In this document: positions 13,300 through 26,284 of the stretch, piece by piece
Numbering within the stretch: position 1 is the stretch's first letter
Layout: each line of letters opens with the position of its first letter
Source: Heterodontus francisci
Lineage: Eukaryota
Direction of reading: 5' to 3'
Length of the DNA stretch: 64,000 nucleotides
NCBI RefSeq assembly: GCF_036365525.1
Contig: NC_090404.1
Coordinates: 8,370,001 to 8,434,000, forward strand
Position numbers and translations under genes: made by a program
The notes under the pieces: model-generated
Seen by the model: the letters and a program-made list of their open reading frames with translations, nothing else
What the model was told of the DNA's origin: nothing
Database searches by the model: none

Positions 13300-13576
13300 A
13301 ACAAATAGAGTAGGAGAGAAAAGAGGAGATTGTGCGGGAAGGAGAAACAGTGACACTGAATTTTAGTTTCACAATAACAGATACAGTCACTGATCTTTTC
13401 TGGTGCCGGCAGGTTCCCCATCGGGCTCGGGAAAACGTGTTGTTTCTCACCAAATAAGGCACGTTCTAAGCTGACTTCACCGAGCACCGTTTTACAGCAG
13501 AGCTGAGCACGGTTCAGCTGAGAGTTTGTGGGGCGGAGCTGTCAGACAGCACCGTGTATTACTGTGCTCGGAAACC
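13300..13576 (+). pseudogene. TCR V exon pseudogene (no leader seen)
   Basis: VREGETVTLNFSF..LFWCRQ..two TAA..ELSDSTVYYCARK; CACAGTT at 13577, nonamer decayed. Confidence 0.8.
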
Positions 13577-14448
13577 CACAGTTGCACAGTTCTGTGACCA
13601 ACAGCAAACTCTGTAAATAGAACAATGTGTGTCCGGTGTCCGGACTAGCCGCCCTGTGAATGTCTGAATTGGACAAATACTGCTCGGATACAATATTCCC
13701 GCAGGACAGGTCCCAACAGCTCTGAGTACAGATTTTCGATTTCATTCATTCTCTAATGAAGGATGAACAGGAGAAACCCGCGCAGGTTTAAGAGGCCAAC
13801 TGACCGTGTATAGTGTGTGTTCCAGTTCAGGTTTCTCCTCTTCACTGCCGATGTATTATTTTTCTATTTTACTTACATCAGCACAGAAATGTCCAGCTTT
13901 GCTGAGAGTTGGGATTATATTCAAAGAGCTGGAAACCGTCCCTTTTCTGAGTGTTTGTTTGATTTCTGTTTGATGACGACTCACCGACAGCATTAATTTC
14001 ATTCTTCTGTAACATTGGAGTTTACACTGAACAATCCACTCGGCCGGGTAGATTTCTTCTGGTCGCGATAGTTAGAGACAAAGTGAACACGTACTAAAAT
14101 AATGAGAAACTATGCCACTAATCTGGCCAGCAGATGAAATTTCCCATTCAGGTTGGGATGTCGCTAATATAGAGAGACCAGAGGAAATCTTCCCTTGTGC
14201 GTCCCCAACGGAAGGTAAATGAAAGCCGATCGCTGCACACCGACCACCAGCTCCCCTCCCCGCACACGTCCTCCCCCACCCCCGACCCCCGTCAACCAAC
14301 TTAGTGTGATTAGTGACAGTGAGTGAAATAAACGGAACATCTCCATCTACATTCAACACCTGTCATTCTTTCTTTGAGACAACTTCCCTCAGGCTAAGTA
14401 AAACAACAAACTGTTGCACAGATTAGTGAGAGATCAAAGCCTCTCATA

Positions 14449-14768
14449 TCAATTCGAGATCAAGCTGCTTTTCAGGTCAATTAGAGATCAAGCTGCTTCT
14501 CAGGTCAATTAGAGATCAAGCTGCTTTTCAGGTCAATTCGAGATCAAGCTGCTTTTCAGGTCAATTCGAGATCAAGCTGCTTCTCAGGTCAATAAGGGAT
14601 CAAGCTGTCTCTCAGGTCAATTAGAGATCAATCTGCTTCTCAGGTCTATAAGAGATCAAGCTGTCTCTCAGGTCAATTAGAGATCAAGCTGCTTCTCAGG
14701 TCAATAAGAGATCAAGCTGTCTCTCAGGTCAATTGGAGATCAAGCTGCTTCTCAGGTCAATAAGAGAG
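14449..14768. repeat. 28-bp minisatellite, ~11 copies
   Basis: Unit TCAATTAGAGATCAAGCTGCTTCTCAGG. Confidence 0.95.
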
Positions 14769-14859
14769 CCAGATGACTATTTTTATTAGTCTTTCTGATA
14801 AATAGAATTCTATGTTAATGTCGCAGTTGTCTAAAAGTAAAACACATACTTGTGGTTAC

Positions 14860-14933
14860 GGAAGTGACATCAGACCAGTCAAAGCCAATCCTCACATCTT
14901 TTTCTATTTGATGTCCTGCAGGAAGTGACATCA
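14860..14933 (+). promoter_or_regulatory. V promoter: two Ets + TCR-decamer/CRE-like composites
   Basis: GGAAGTGACATCA at 14860-14872 and 14921-14933, CCAAT at 14885, 80-155 bp upstream of the leader ATG at 15016. Confidence 0.7.
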
Positions 14934-15015
14934 TACCAGTATCAGATCTTTCCTGTTCGATGCTTTTACAGGTTTCTGAGATACAAAACGTCCCTCGAAT
15001 ACCAGATCAGCAGAA

Positions 15016-16064
15016 ATGCGACTCCCTGTTCTCGCTGTGCTGTGGCTTTCATTCATTGTCGGTAAGAAATTGAACATATTTGAAAGGAATAAATTTGAAG
15101 AAGAGCGCGTTCATTTTAAACTTGTAATGAACCTAGTTAGACCACAATTGGGTTATTGTGAGCAGTTTTAGCCTCCAGATTGCAACATGGATATAGGAAC
15201 AGAAGAGAATGGAGAAGAACGATTTGCAAGAATGATACCAAAGTTGAGAGATAATTTCGCCGAAACCATTGTACAGGCTGAGGCTCTTTTTTTCTAATAA
15301 AGGGAAAATTGAAGGGTAATCTGATAGACATCTTTAAAATCTTGAAGGAGTTCGATAGGGTACACCTAGAGAAAATGTTTCCACTTGTATAGAATTGCAC
15401 GTCCATGAAACATAAATATAAAAGTCACATAAAGATCACACAGGGAATACAGGAGAATGCAGAACTCGCTACCACAAGGAGGGTTTGAGGTGAATAGTAT
15501 GGATGCATTTAAGGGGAATGTAGATAACCAGGTGAGGGAGAAAGGCATGGAAGGATATGTTGATAGAGTGAGATAAAGAGGGGTGGAGGATGCTCCGGGG
15601 GAGTGTTAACCCTGGCATGGACGAGTTGGGCCGAATAACCTGTTCCGTGCTGTAAATTCGACTGAAATATATGAAACACTTACTGCGAATTTTCACCGTC
15701 AGTTCGGTTCAGATGAGGTTTTAATCGATGATTTCTGCTTTCTTTAACCGTGTGTTCCTGATCTGAGCGATGGAAATTCTGGTACTCAGCGGGAATCCTC
15801 GCTCACACTGACAGAGGGAGAAGTTGTCACATTAACCTGCACCTATCCCGGCGATGGTTATTACTTATTCTGGTATCGCCAATACCCAGGCAGACAGCCC
15901 GAGTTTGCAGTCCGGAGGTACACGAGCGGCCGTGATGAATTGAAGGCGGATTTCGCTCAGGACCGGTTTTCTGATACAGTCCAGCAGTCAGACAAGTTGT
16001 ACCGATTGACCATCTCGGAGCTGCGGCTGTCTGACACCGCGGTCTGTTACAGTGCACTGAGTCT
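15016..16064 (+). pseudogene. TCR V segment, exon open but acceptor AG->TG and YYC->CYS; leader 15016-15061, exon 15761-16064
   Basis: Leader MRLPVLAVLWLSFIV; TLTEGEVVTLTCTYPGDGYYLFWYRQYPGRQPEF..LRLSDTAVCYSALS; RSS CACAATG-23-ACAATAACT (16065-16103). Confidence 0.85.
15135..15660 (+). mobile_element. Old CR1 3' fragment in a V intron
   Basis: Decayed C-terminal ORF2 and GGGCCGAATAACCTGTTCC tail. Confidence 0.7.
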
Positions 16065-16223
16065 CACAATGATGGGAACGAGCTAAAGCCTCGTACAATA
16101 ACTGCCACAGGTTTCTGGGTCACAGCTGCTGTCTGCTGAGGGCTGTTTATAACAGCGGATCATACACTGACACGTGAATACATTCCTGTGCGGGCAGAAC
16201 CCGAGCACAATCCACATAAACAC

Positions 16224-16779
16224 CATAGAACATAGAACATTACAGCGCAGTACAGGCCCTTCGGCCCTCGATGTTGCGCCGACCTGTGAAACCATCTGAC
16301 CTACACTATTCCATTTTCATCCATATGTCTATCCAATGACCACTTAAATGCGCTTAAAGTTGGTGAGTCTACTACTGTTGCAGGCAGGGCGTTCCACGCC
16401 CCTACTACTCTCTGAGTAAAGAAACTACCTCTGACATCTGTCCTATATCTATCACCCCCTCAACTTAAAGATATGTCCCCTCGTGTTTGCCATCACCATC
16501 CGAGGAAAAAGACTCTCACTATCCACCATATCTAACCCTCTGATTATCTTATATGTCTCTATTAAGTCACCTCTCCTCCTCCTTCTCTCTAACAAAACAA
16601 CCTCAAGTCCCTCAGCCTTTCCTCGTAAGACCTTCCCTCCATACCAGGCAACACCCTAGTAAATCTCCTCTGCACCCTTTCCAAAGCTTCCACATTCTTC
16701 CTATAATGCGGTGACCAGAACTGCACGCAATACTCCAGGTGCGGCCGCATCAGAGTTTTGTACAGCTGCAGCATGACCA
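16224..16779 (-). mobile_element. CR1 3' fragment
   Basis: MLQLYKTLMRPHLEYCVQFWSP; (TTCTATG)n tail. Confidence 0.88.
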
Positions 16780-17994
16780 TCTAAAATCATTCACATCGAA
16801 CACTGATTCAGTCTGATTATCACATTAACTGTGTGAGGGCAGAATTGTCTGCTGTTTATTTGTGTATCTCTGGGAATTCGCCATTCACATTGAGAATACA
16901 AACTCCAGCAGGTGACCTGGAACTAGTTATATCCGTGTACCGCTACTTCCGATATAACACACTGAAAATGAACAAACAATGATTGGTTTAAAATATCAGT
17001 CTGCAGTGTAAATAGAGGCCTGCCAGGTGGGAACGATCCAAATAATTAAAGTAACTTGATTAAACAGTTCTCAATGTCGAAGACAGTTACAGGTATTAAC
17101 ACTAAGAATCTACAATATAATCAGGTTTTAAGAGGTCGTTTTCAGGACAGGATTAGAAGCTGATGAACAATGATTAATAGACTAATAATCTGTAAGGACA
17201 GGTGTGATGTGTCTGGGCTCCGGGCCAGATGGTCAGAAGACAGACTGAATACAAAATGCTAGTATAAACAGTATCAGAAAGGTTGCCAATATGAAGAGCA
17301 AACCGTGAAAAGGGTATTGTACCAAGACTAGAAAATGGCGCGCACACTCACTAAAGAGACTGTATAAATTACAAGATGAGCTAATGGTTTAATATGGTTC
17401 GTATTAATTAAAAATAAGAAGAAGACAATGACGTTATCACTTCCGCAAGACGTTACTAATATTTAAAAGATACAACATGTATCTCAAAAAAGTGAAATAT
17501 ACGAGCTTTAGACAATGCAGGAACCTCAAGATTATTGTCAAGGATATAAATCGTGACCCTGGTTGTGGTTCTCCTTTAATAAGTCTTTACAGGTACAAAG
17601 GAAGGACTGAGCTTTTCTTTGCAACTGAAGGTATTCACAATGGTCAGTTTATCACATCAAAGCTTCTCCAAATGGGAACGAATAATGTCACTTCTATTGC
17701 ACGCATTGCCATAGCTGGTAAGATTGTAAGCAATCTGACTTGTGAGTTGTGCTTTCTCTTGTACCAAATAAAACTATTTAATTACCATAACCGTTTCCTC
17801 TTGAACGTCTCATAACAGGAACCCGGAAACAATATATTTCTCCGAAGTGATGGAAACATTGCTGGGGGAAATGTTAATTTATTCCACCAGATGGCAGCAA
17901 ACCTCCAGAAAGCACCCTGCAGCACCTGGCTGGAAATGCTGATGTCCGCCAACAGTTCACACACAGTGACGGCCGTTAAGTGAATTTGCAGACG

Positions 17995-20015
17995 CTCAGC
18001 GCCAACTCTCAGACACTTCTTCCTCCCTCTCCCTGGACCATGACCCCACCACCGAAAATCAAGCGACTGTCCACAGGACTGTCACTGACCTCATCTCCTC
18101 TGGAGATCTTCCGTCTACAGCCTCCAACCTCATAGTCCCTGAGCCCCGGACAGTCCGCTTCCACCTCCTTCCCAAAATCCACAAACAGGACAGTCCCGGC
18201 AGACCCATTGTTTCAGCCTGTTCCTGCCCCACTGAACTCATTTCTTCCTATCTTGACTCTATCTTTCCTCCTCTGGTCCAGTCTCTTCCCACCTACATCC
18301 GCGACTCTTCTGATACCCTACGTAATTTTGACAATTTCCAGTTTCCAGGTCCTAACTGCCTCCTCTTCACTATGGACGCCCAATCTCTCTACACCTCCAT
18401 CCCCCACCAGGACGGTATGAGGGCTCTTCTCTTCTTCCTTGAGCAGAGGCCCAACCAGTCCCCATCCACCACGACCCTCCTCCACCGGGCTAAACTTGTT
18501 CTCACATTGAACAACTTCTCCTTCAACTCCACTCACTTCATTCAAGTAAAAGGCGTTGCAATGGGTTCCTGCATGGGTCTTAGTTATGCCTGTCTTTTTG
18601 TGGGATATGTCAAACATTCCTTGTTCCAGTCCGACTCAGGCCCTCTCCCTCAACGCTTTTTCTGGTACATTGATGACTGTATTGGTGCCGTTTCCTGCTC
18701 CCGCCCCGAACTGGAAAATTGTATCAACTTTGCTTCTAATTTCCACCCTTCTCTCACCTTTACATGGTCCATCTCCGACACTTTCCTTCCTCGACTTCTC
18801 TATCGCCATCGCTAGGGATAGGCTGTCCACTAATATTCATTATAGGCCCACTGACTCCCACAGCTACCTCGACTACACTTCTTCACACCCTGCCTCCTGT
18901 AAGGACTCCATTCCATTCTCCCATGCTCTGATGATATTACCTTCCATGACAGCGCTTCTGATATGTTTTCCTTTTTCCCCAGCCGAGGATTGTACCAGCC
19001 CACCCCCTGCCCGATTGTGGATGACAGAGCCCTCAGCCGTGTCTGGCCCATTTCCTGCACCTTAACCCTCATCCCTTCCCCTCCCTCCCAGAACTGTGAC
19101 AGGGTTCCCCTTGTCCTCACTTTCCACCCCATCAGCCTCCATATCCAAGGGGTCATCCTCCACCATTTCCGCCACCTCCAGCATGATGCCACGACCAAAG
19201 GCATCTTCCCCTCCCTTCCCTTGTCAGCATTCCAAAGGGATCATTCCCTCCACGACACCCTGGTCCACTCCTCCATTACCCCCACCACCTCGTTCCCGTT
19301 CCACGGCACCTTCCCCTCCAATCGCAGGAGGTGTAATACCTGTCCATTTTCCTCATCTCTCCTCACTATCCCAGGTCCCAAACACTCCTTCCAGGTGAAG
19401 CAGCGATTTACTTGCACTTCTTTCAATGTAGTATGCTGTATTCACTGCTCACAATGTGGTCTCCTCCACATTGGGGGAGACCAAACGCAGACTGGGCGAC
19501 CACGTTGCGGAACACCTCCGCTCAGTCCAAAAGCATGAGACCGAGCTTCCGGTTGCTTGCCATTTCAACATTCCCCCCTGCTCTCATGCTCACAACTCTG
19601 TCCTGGGCTTGCTGCAGTGTTCCAGTGAACATCAACGCAAGCTCGCGGAACAGCATCTCATTTACCAATTAGGCACAATACAGCCTGCCAGACTGAACAT
19701 TGAGTTCAATAATTTCAGAACATGACGGGCCCCCCATTTTACTGTTATTTTTAGTTATTTCCTCTTTTTTTTATTTTTTGTGTTTATTTTATTTTGGTTT
19801 GTTCAGTTTGTTTCTACTGTGCCTACCCATTGCGTTTTTTTTCATGCTTTGGCTTGTGGCTGTTCAGTTTTCAGCCCATTAACATCCTATCTGTACTAAT
19901 GCTTTGTCTTCAACACATCATTAACATATTGTTTGTCTTTGTTCCATGACCTTCTGGTCAGCTATTCTGTGACCTTGTCCTATCAACACCTTCTCTTTTG
20001 TTATCTCTTGCACCG
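17995..20015 (+). mobile_element. Penelope-like retroelement (RT + GIY-YIG), decayed
   Basis: LPKIHK..PGRPIVS, TMDAQSLYTSIPH, GVAMGS, WYIDD; C-terminal CTSFNVVCCIHC..HIGETKRRL..EH endonuclease motif; frameshifts. Confidence 0.9.
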
Positions 20016-20219
20016 TTCGGTGCAGTTCGGTGCGGATTCGCCAGTCTGACCCAGTCACACTCGATGGTGTTTACAGAATGCAGATTCCGCGCTTCGACGA
20101 CCAATCAGGTTCTGGATGACTTGGTGAGAAATGTGAAATCCATTCGCATCTTAAGAAGTATATTTTGCTGAGTTGTATTACAACATTGTTAACTGGCCTC
20201 TCTTATTAATGCATTATAC

Positions 20220-20750
20220 GTGATTTCTGTTTATTTTACACGAGGCCCTGTGTCAACTAGTATTGAACTAGACCATACTTCTGTTTATTTTACACTAGAC
20301 CCTGTCTCAGCTATTATTGCTCTGGAATATGTGTCTTTATATTTCACTAGGTTCAGTCTCACAAATGACTGCACTCGATCATGTCTCTGTTTATACTATA
20401 ATTCACCCATGTCTCTTTGTTTATCCTACACTAGGCCCTGTATCAGCTATTACTGCACTAGAATATGCCTCTGTTTAAATGACACTAGACTCTATCTCAG
20501 TTATTACTACACTAGACGATATCTCAGCCTATATTACACTAGATACTGTCTCTTTTATTACTTCAATCGCCCATGTATCTTTGTTTATATTACACAAGGC
20601 CCTGTTTCAATTACTACTGCACTCGAACATGCCTCTGTTTATGTTACATTAAGTACTGTCTTTGTTATTACTGGACTGGGTCATGCCTCTGTTTATGTGA
20701 CACTGGACCTTTCAACTTTTATATCGCTGTCTCAGTTATTACTTCACTAG
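20220..20750. repeat. Degenerate AT-rich tandem repeat (partial copy 61500-61735)
   Basis: Recurring CTCTGTTTATTATACTAGA / CTCAGCTATTACTGCACTAGA. Confidence 0.8.
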
Positions 20751-20929
20751 GCCTTACATCAATTGTTGGGAAAATGCTAGAATCTATTCGAAAGGATGTG
20801 ATAAATGGTCACTTGGATAATAATGATATGATTGTGCATAGTCAGCATGGATTTATGAATGGGAAATCTTGTTTGACAAACCTGTTGGAGTTTTTTGAGG
20901 ATGTTTCTAACAGAATTTTAAAAAATTCT

Positions 20930-22715
20930 TTCATGGGATGTAGGCGCAGCTGGCCGTGCCAGCATCCCTAATTTCCCTTGAGAAGGTGGTGGTGAGCTGC
21001 CTTCTTGGACCGCTGCAGTCCTTGCGGCGTAGGTGCACCCACAGTGCTGTTAGGAAGGGAGTTCCAGGCTTTTGACCCAGCGACAGTGAAGGAACGGCGA
21101 TATAGTTCCAAGTCCGGATGATGTGCGACTTTGAGAGGAACTTGCAGGTGGTGGTGTTCCCATGCATTTGCTGTCCTTGTCCTTCTAGTTGGTAGAGGTC
21201 GCGGGTTTGGGAAGTGCTGTAGAAGGAGTCTTAGTGCGTTCCTGCAGTGCATCTTGTAGATGGTACACACTGCTGGCACTGTGCGTCGGTGATGGAGGGA
21301 GTGAATGTTGAAGGTGGTGGATAGGGTGCCAACCAAGCCGGCGGCTTTGTCCTGGATAGTGTCAAGCTTCTTGAGTGTTGTTGGAGCTGAACTCATCCAG
21401 GCAAGTGGAGACTATTCCATCACACTCCTGACTTGTGCCTTGTAGATTGTGGTCAGGCTTTGGGGAGTCAGGAGGTGAATTACTCGCTGCAGGATTCCGA
21501 GCCTCTGACCTGCTCTTGTTGCCACGGTATTTTATGGATACTCCAGTTCAGTTTCTGGTCAATGGTAGCCCCTAGGATGTTGATAGTGGGGGATTCAGCG
21601 ATGGTAATGCGATTGAATGTCAAGGGCAGACGGTAAGATTCTCTTTTGTTGGAGATGGTCATTGCCTGGCACTTGTGTGACGCGAATGTAACTTGCCACT
21701 TATCAGCCCAAACCTGGACATAGTCCAGGTCTTGCTGCATTTTCTACACGGACTGCTTCAGTATCTGAGGAGTCGTGAATGGTGCTGAACATTGTGCAAT
21801 CATTAGCGAACATCCCCACTTCTGACCTTATGATTGAAGGAAAATAATTGATGAAGCAGCTGAAGATGGTTGGGCCTAGGACACTACCCTGAGGAACTCC
21901 TGCAGTGATCTCCTGGAGCTCAGATGATTGACCTCCAACAACCACTCCAAACAGCGGAGAGTTTCCCCCTGATTCCCATTGACCTCAGTTTTGCTAGGGC
22001 TCCTTGATGCCATATTGGGTTAAATGCTGCCTTGATGTCAAGGGCCATCACTCTCACCTCACCTCTTGAGTTCTCCTCTTTTGTCCATGCCTGACCCAAG
22101 GCTGTAATGAGGTCAGGAGCTGAGTGGTCCTGGCGGAACCCAAACTGAGCGTCACTGAGCAGGTAATTGCTAAGCAACTGCTGCTTGATAGCACTGTCCA
22201 TGACACCTTCCATAATTTTACTGATGTTTGAAGTGGACTGAAGGGGCGGTAATTGGCCGGGTTGGGTTTGTTCTGGTTTATCTGTACAGGACATATCTGG
22301 GCAATTTTCCACATTGCAGGGTAGATGCCAGTGTTGTAGCTGTACTGGACCAGCTTGGCTAGGGGTACGGCAAGTTCTGGAGCACAGGTCTTCAGTACTG
22401 TCGCTGGAAATTTACCAAGGCCCATAGCATGTGCAGTATCCAGTGTCTTAGTCGTTTCTTGATATCACGCGGAGTGAATCGAATGGGCTAAAGACTGGTG
22501 TCTGTGATGCTGGAGTCTTCAGGAGGGGGCCGAGATGGATCATCAACTCGGCACTTCTGGCTGAAGATTGTTGCAAATGCTTCAGCCTTATCTTTCGCAC
22601 TGATGTTCTGGACTCCCCCTTCATCGAGGATGGGGATATTTGTGAAGCCATCTTTTCCAGTTAGTTGTTAAATTGTTCACCACCATTCATGCCTGGATGT
22701 GGCAGGACTGCACAG
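20930..22715 (-). mobile_element. CR1/L2-group LINE, RT and 3' part (family distinct from the main CR1)
   Basis: NPANYRP, QFGFR, ALDIKAAF, GVPQGSVLGP, FANDCT; 3' end also seen at ~2660-2810 (+). Confidence 0.85.
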
Positions 22716-23935
22716 TGATTGATGAAGAGGAGTCGGTGGACGTGGTATACTTGAATTTTCAGAAGGCTTTTGATAAAATCCCCGACAGGAGATTGGTTAG
22801 AAAAATTAAAGAACATGGGATAGGAGGTAATATACTGGCATGGATTAAGGATTGGTGAACAGGCAGAAAGCAGAATGCAGGAATAAACGGGTCCTTCTCA
22901 GTTGGCAGGCTGCAGCTAGTGGGGTACCGCAGGGATCAGTGCTTGGGCCCCAGCTGTTCACAATATATTTCTATCAGCGATTTGGATGTGTGGACCAAAT
23001 GTAGTATTTTCTGGTTCATGGATGATACAAAACAAGGTGGGAATGTATGTTGTGAGGAAGATGTAAAGCGGCTTCAAGGGGATTTGGATAAACTTAGCGA
23101 GTGGACAAGAATGCGGCAGATGGAATATAATGTGGAAAAATGTGAGGCGATCCACTTTGGTCGGAGAAACAGAAGTGCAGAGTATTTCTTAAATGATATG
23201 TGATTAGAAAGTGTAGATGTATAAAGGCACCTGGGTGTCCTTGGCAATAAGTCCACTGAAAGCTAACATGCAGGTGCAGCAAGCAATTAGGAAAGTTAAT
23301 AGTATGTTAGCCTTTATCGCAAGAGCATTTGAGTACAGGAGTAGTGAAGTCTTGCTTCAATTGTATAGAACCTTGGTTAGACCGCACTTGGAGTATTGTA
23401 TGCAGTTCTGGTCCCCTTACCTTAGGAAGGATATTATTGCCAGAGAGGCTGTACAATGAAGATTCACCTGACATGTTCCTAGGATGGCGGGACTGTCCTA
23501 TGAAGAGAGATTGGGGGAAAAGGGTCTGTATTCTCTAGAGTTTCGAAGAATGAGAGGTGATATCATTGAAACCTACAAAATACGTAAAGGGATAGACAGG
23601 GTCGATGCATCTAAGATGGTTCCCCTGGCTGGGGAGTCTAGAACCAGGGGACATATTTTCAAAATAAGGTGGAAGCCACTTAGGACAGTGATGGGGAGAA
23701 ATGTCTTTACCCAGAGGGTTGTGAATCTTTGGAATTCTCTAACCCAGAGGACTGTGGATTCTCAGTCATTGCGTATGTTTAAAGTGGAGATTGACAGATT
23801 TCTAAATACAACTGGCATAAAAGGATATGGGGATAGTGTGGGGAAAAGGCATTGAAGTGGATGATCAGCAATGATCATATTGAATGGCAGGCAGGCTCGA
23901 TGGGCTGAATGGCCTACTCCTGCTTCTGTGTTCTT
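22715..23935 (+). mobile_element. CR1 3' half, decayed
   Basis: DVVYLNFQKAFDK, MDDTK, RPHLEYC, 3' tail. Confidence 0.88.
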
Positions 23936-25226
23936 TGATAATGCCACTGTTTACATTCCGCTGCCCTACAATATATCTTCAATTCCTGTGCAGTGCGACA
24001 GAGTTTAAAGGCACGGAGACCTTTACCAACCTGACTGCAGCTCCGTGACTCTGACTTCCCTAAGTATACCAGAGGCTTGTTACTGTGCTCAGTTCAGAGC
24101 CCCTCAGCTACCAAGTAACAGCTTTCTTTGACACAGACCCCGCCCCCTTCTCCCAGGTCTGGAAGAGATTGGGAAGTTATCTGTGTCCAGAATGATGGTG
24201 GTGGTGTTAGTGACTGGGAGGGTAGTGGCTTTTGTCAGATGACAGTCTCCCGAATGGTTCCTTCCTGAGCCTGTGTGAGGTGTCTGCCGCAATGATCTGA
24301 GTCTACGGGCTGTTCCGTGGGGATCACCTTTTAACCACTGAGTATAGACTGTCACTGAGCTGATCCAGAGAGGGAAGCTGCACTCACCTGCACAGGGATG
24401 TTGATCACAACGTCCTTTTAGTTAATCACATTCTCCGACTTAATATATAGAATTTCTTGATTTTACGTGCTGTTTGTTTTTTCTGTTCCTTATCTGTTTG
24501 TTCAACGTCTCGTTCCCGTGCCTTTGGACTGTGGGTGAGAGCTCCTGTCTGTTGGGAGTTGTGTAGAATCGTGGGAAGATGCAGCCACAATGTGCAGCGC
24601 GCTGTCAGACGCTCAAACACATACCGAGAGGAAACCAAATTAACCTCGGATCAAACTGTCAACCCAACTGTTTCCAGGAGGGGCCGAGGAAACAAACTGG
24701 AGAATTCAATCGGACGGACACATCCGTCACTGAACCAGTCTATCGGTTAAACCGTCCTTGCTTCTCATCAACTGTTTACTCCATTAAAATCATGGATCGA
24801 TGTTCAGACCAGCTCCGAGTCGGAGGTTGCTGACACTCAAACGTCCCTCAAACATGCATAGGCACGTCACGCACCTGTTCTGCGTGTTTCTCCCTATTTC
24901 CCCCATTCCCTTTACAGTTCCTAGATTTCCACACATTTCCCTGTCCCTTGACGACACAATACTTTCTGCATTCTGCATGTGTATCACCAAGCTTCAGTCA
25001 GACTGTGTCAAATCAGCCCTCCCATTATTCATTTGTATTACACACATGAGTGCCTGGCCTTTTCCCTAACTGTACGGCACCAGGGCCATTCTAGTGGAGG
25101 AACACTCAGCACAACCCTAATGAAAGTGTTCAGTTTCTGTTCCTGCGTCGATCTCCCTGTGCTGATGTCTCTTTCCACCTGTTGCTGTCTCTCTGCATCA
25201 CTAAACTCAGTCTCACCTTCAACCCT

Positions 25227-25488
25227 TTGTGACGTCAGACTGCAGTCTGTGATGTCAGGCTGCAGTCACTGAGGTCAGACTGCAGTGGGTGTGACGTCAG
25301 GCTTCACTCTGTGTGACGTCCGCCTGAGGGCTGTGTGATGTCATTCTGCAGTCTGTGATGTCAGGTTGCAGTCACTGAGGTCAGACTGCAGTCGGTGTGA
25401 CGTCAGGCCGCAGTCGGTGTGATGTCATTCTGCAGTCCGTGATGTCAGGCTTCAGTCACTGAGGTCAGACTGCAGTCGGTATGACGTG
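25227..25488. repeat. ~20-22-bp minisatellite built on TGA(C/T/G)GTCA
   Basis: Unit GTGACGTCAGACTGCAGTC(G/T), ~12 copies. Confidence 0.9.
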
Positions 25489-26284
25489 CCTATGTAGGCT
25501 TGAGAAACACTTGAGAGTCAGCACTCTATTCCCACGTACATTTCATGTTTACGCTCCGTGCGGTATCTGGAGAATTATTGATGGCAATTTAAAATAACTG
25601 ACACAGAGAGACCGGGGGAAATCGCCCCTTTGCATATCCTCAGCAGAAGATTCATCAAACTCGATCTCCACCAGTCAGTTCAGTCTGTTTAGTGATGGGA
25701 AGTGAAATAAACTGAACTTCTCTATCTACATTCAGCACCCATCTTTGTCACTTTGAAATAATGTCTTACCGCCATCAACCAACTGTGTTGGTAATTTCTT
25801 GTCGGGGAACATGAGGCCAAATATCTGCGGAAACCGGTTAGAATAATGTCTGCCTGAAACTAATAGGAGGCGCCATTCCACTGTGCTGAAAGTAATCTCA
25901 TGGGGAGGGATATGGTGGCGATTGACACGGGAGAAACTCCTTGTACTGTCTCCCTTCATTTCATATTTTAATATTCAATATTTGAAGGGGAGACAATTCC
26001 AGGCATATGTGAAAAGGTGTGGGACTAATTGGACGGCTCTGTATAGCAGCCAGCACAGGAAGGATGGGGCGAATTGCCTCATTCTGCGCTGTAGGTTTCG
26101 ATGATTCTAGATCCGAGGCGATGCCAGTGATTGCTGTCACTCAGTTTCTCACAGAGACCTGGACCTGCTTTACCAGAAACGGCCCGGCTTCTGCCTTATG
26201 GAACTGACCGAGGAACTCAACCTGCCCGATTGATTCGCTCTGCGGGACAGATTTCAGAGTGTCACAGAATCAGTCTCTTGTGAA

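Noticed and set aside
17477-17815. 112-aa ATG ORF in AT-rich DNA
   Set aside because: No recognisable motif or splice context; probably spurious.
20220-20750. 176-aa and Cys/Tyr-rich ORFs
   Set aside because: Translation of a degenerate tandem repeat.
23940-24800. Faint V-like traces (CYCAQ ~24080 +; SDSALH ~24600 -; CACAGTC..ACAAACAGA)
   Set aside because: Too decayed to align by eye and the spacer is 25 bp; needs a profile search.
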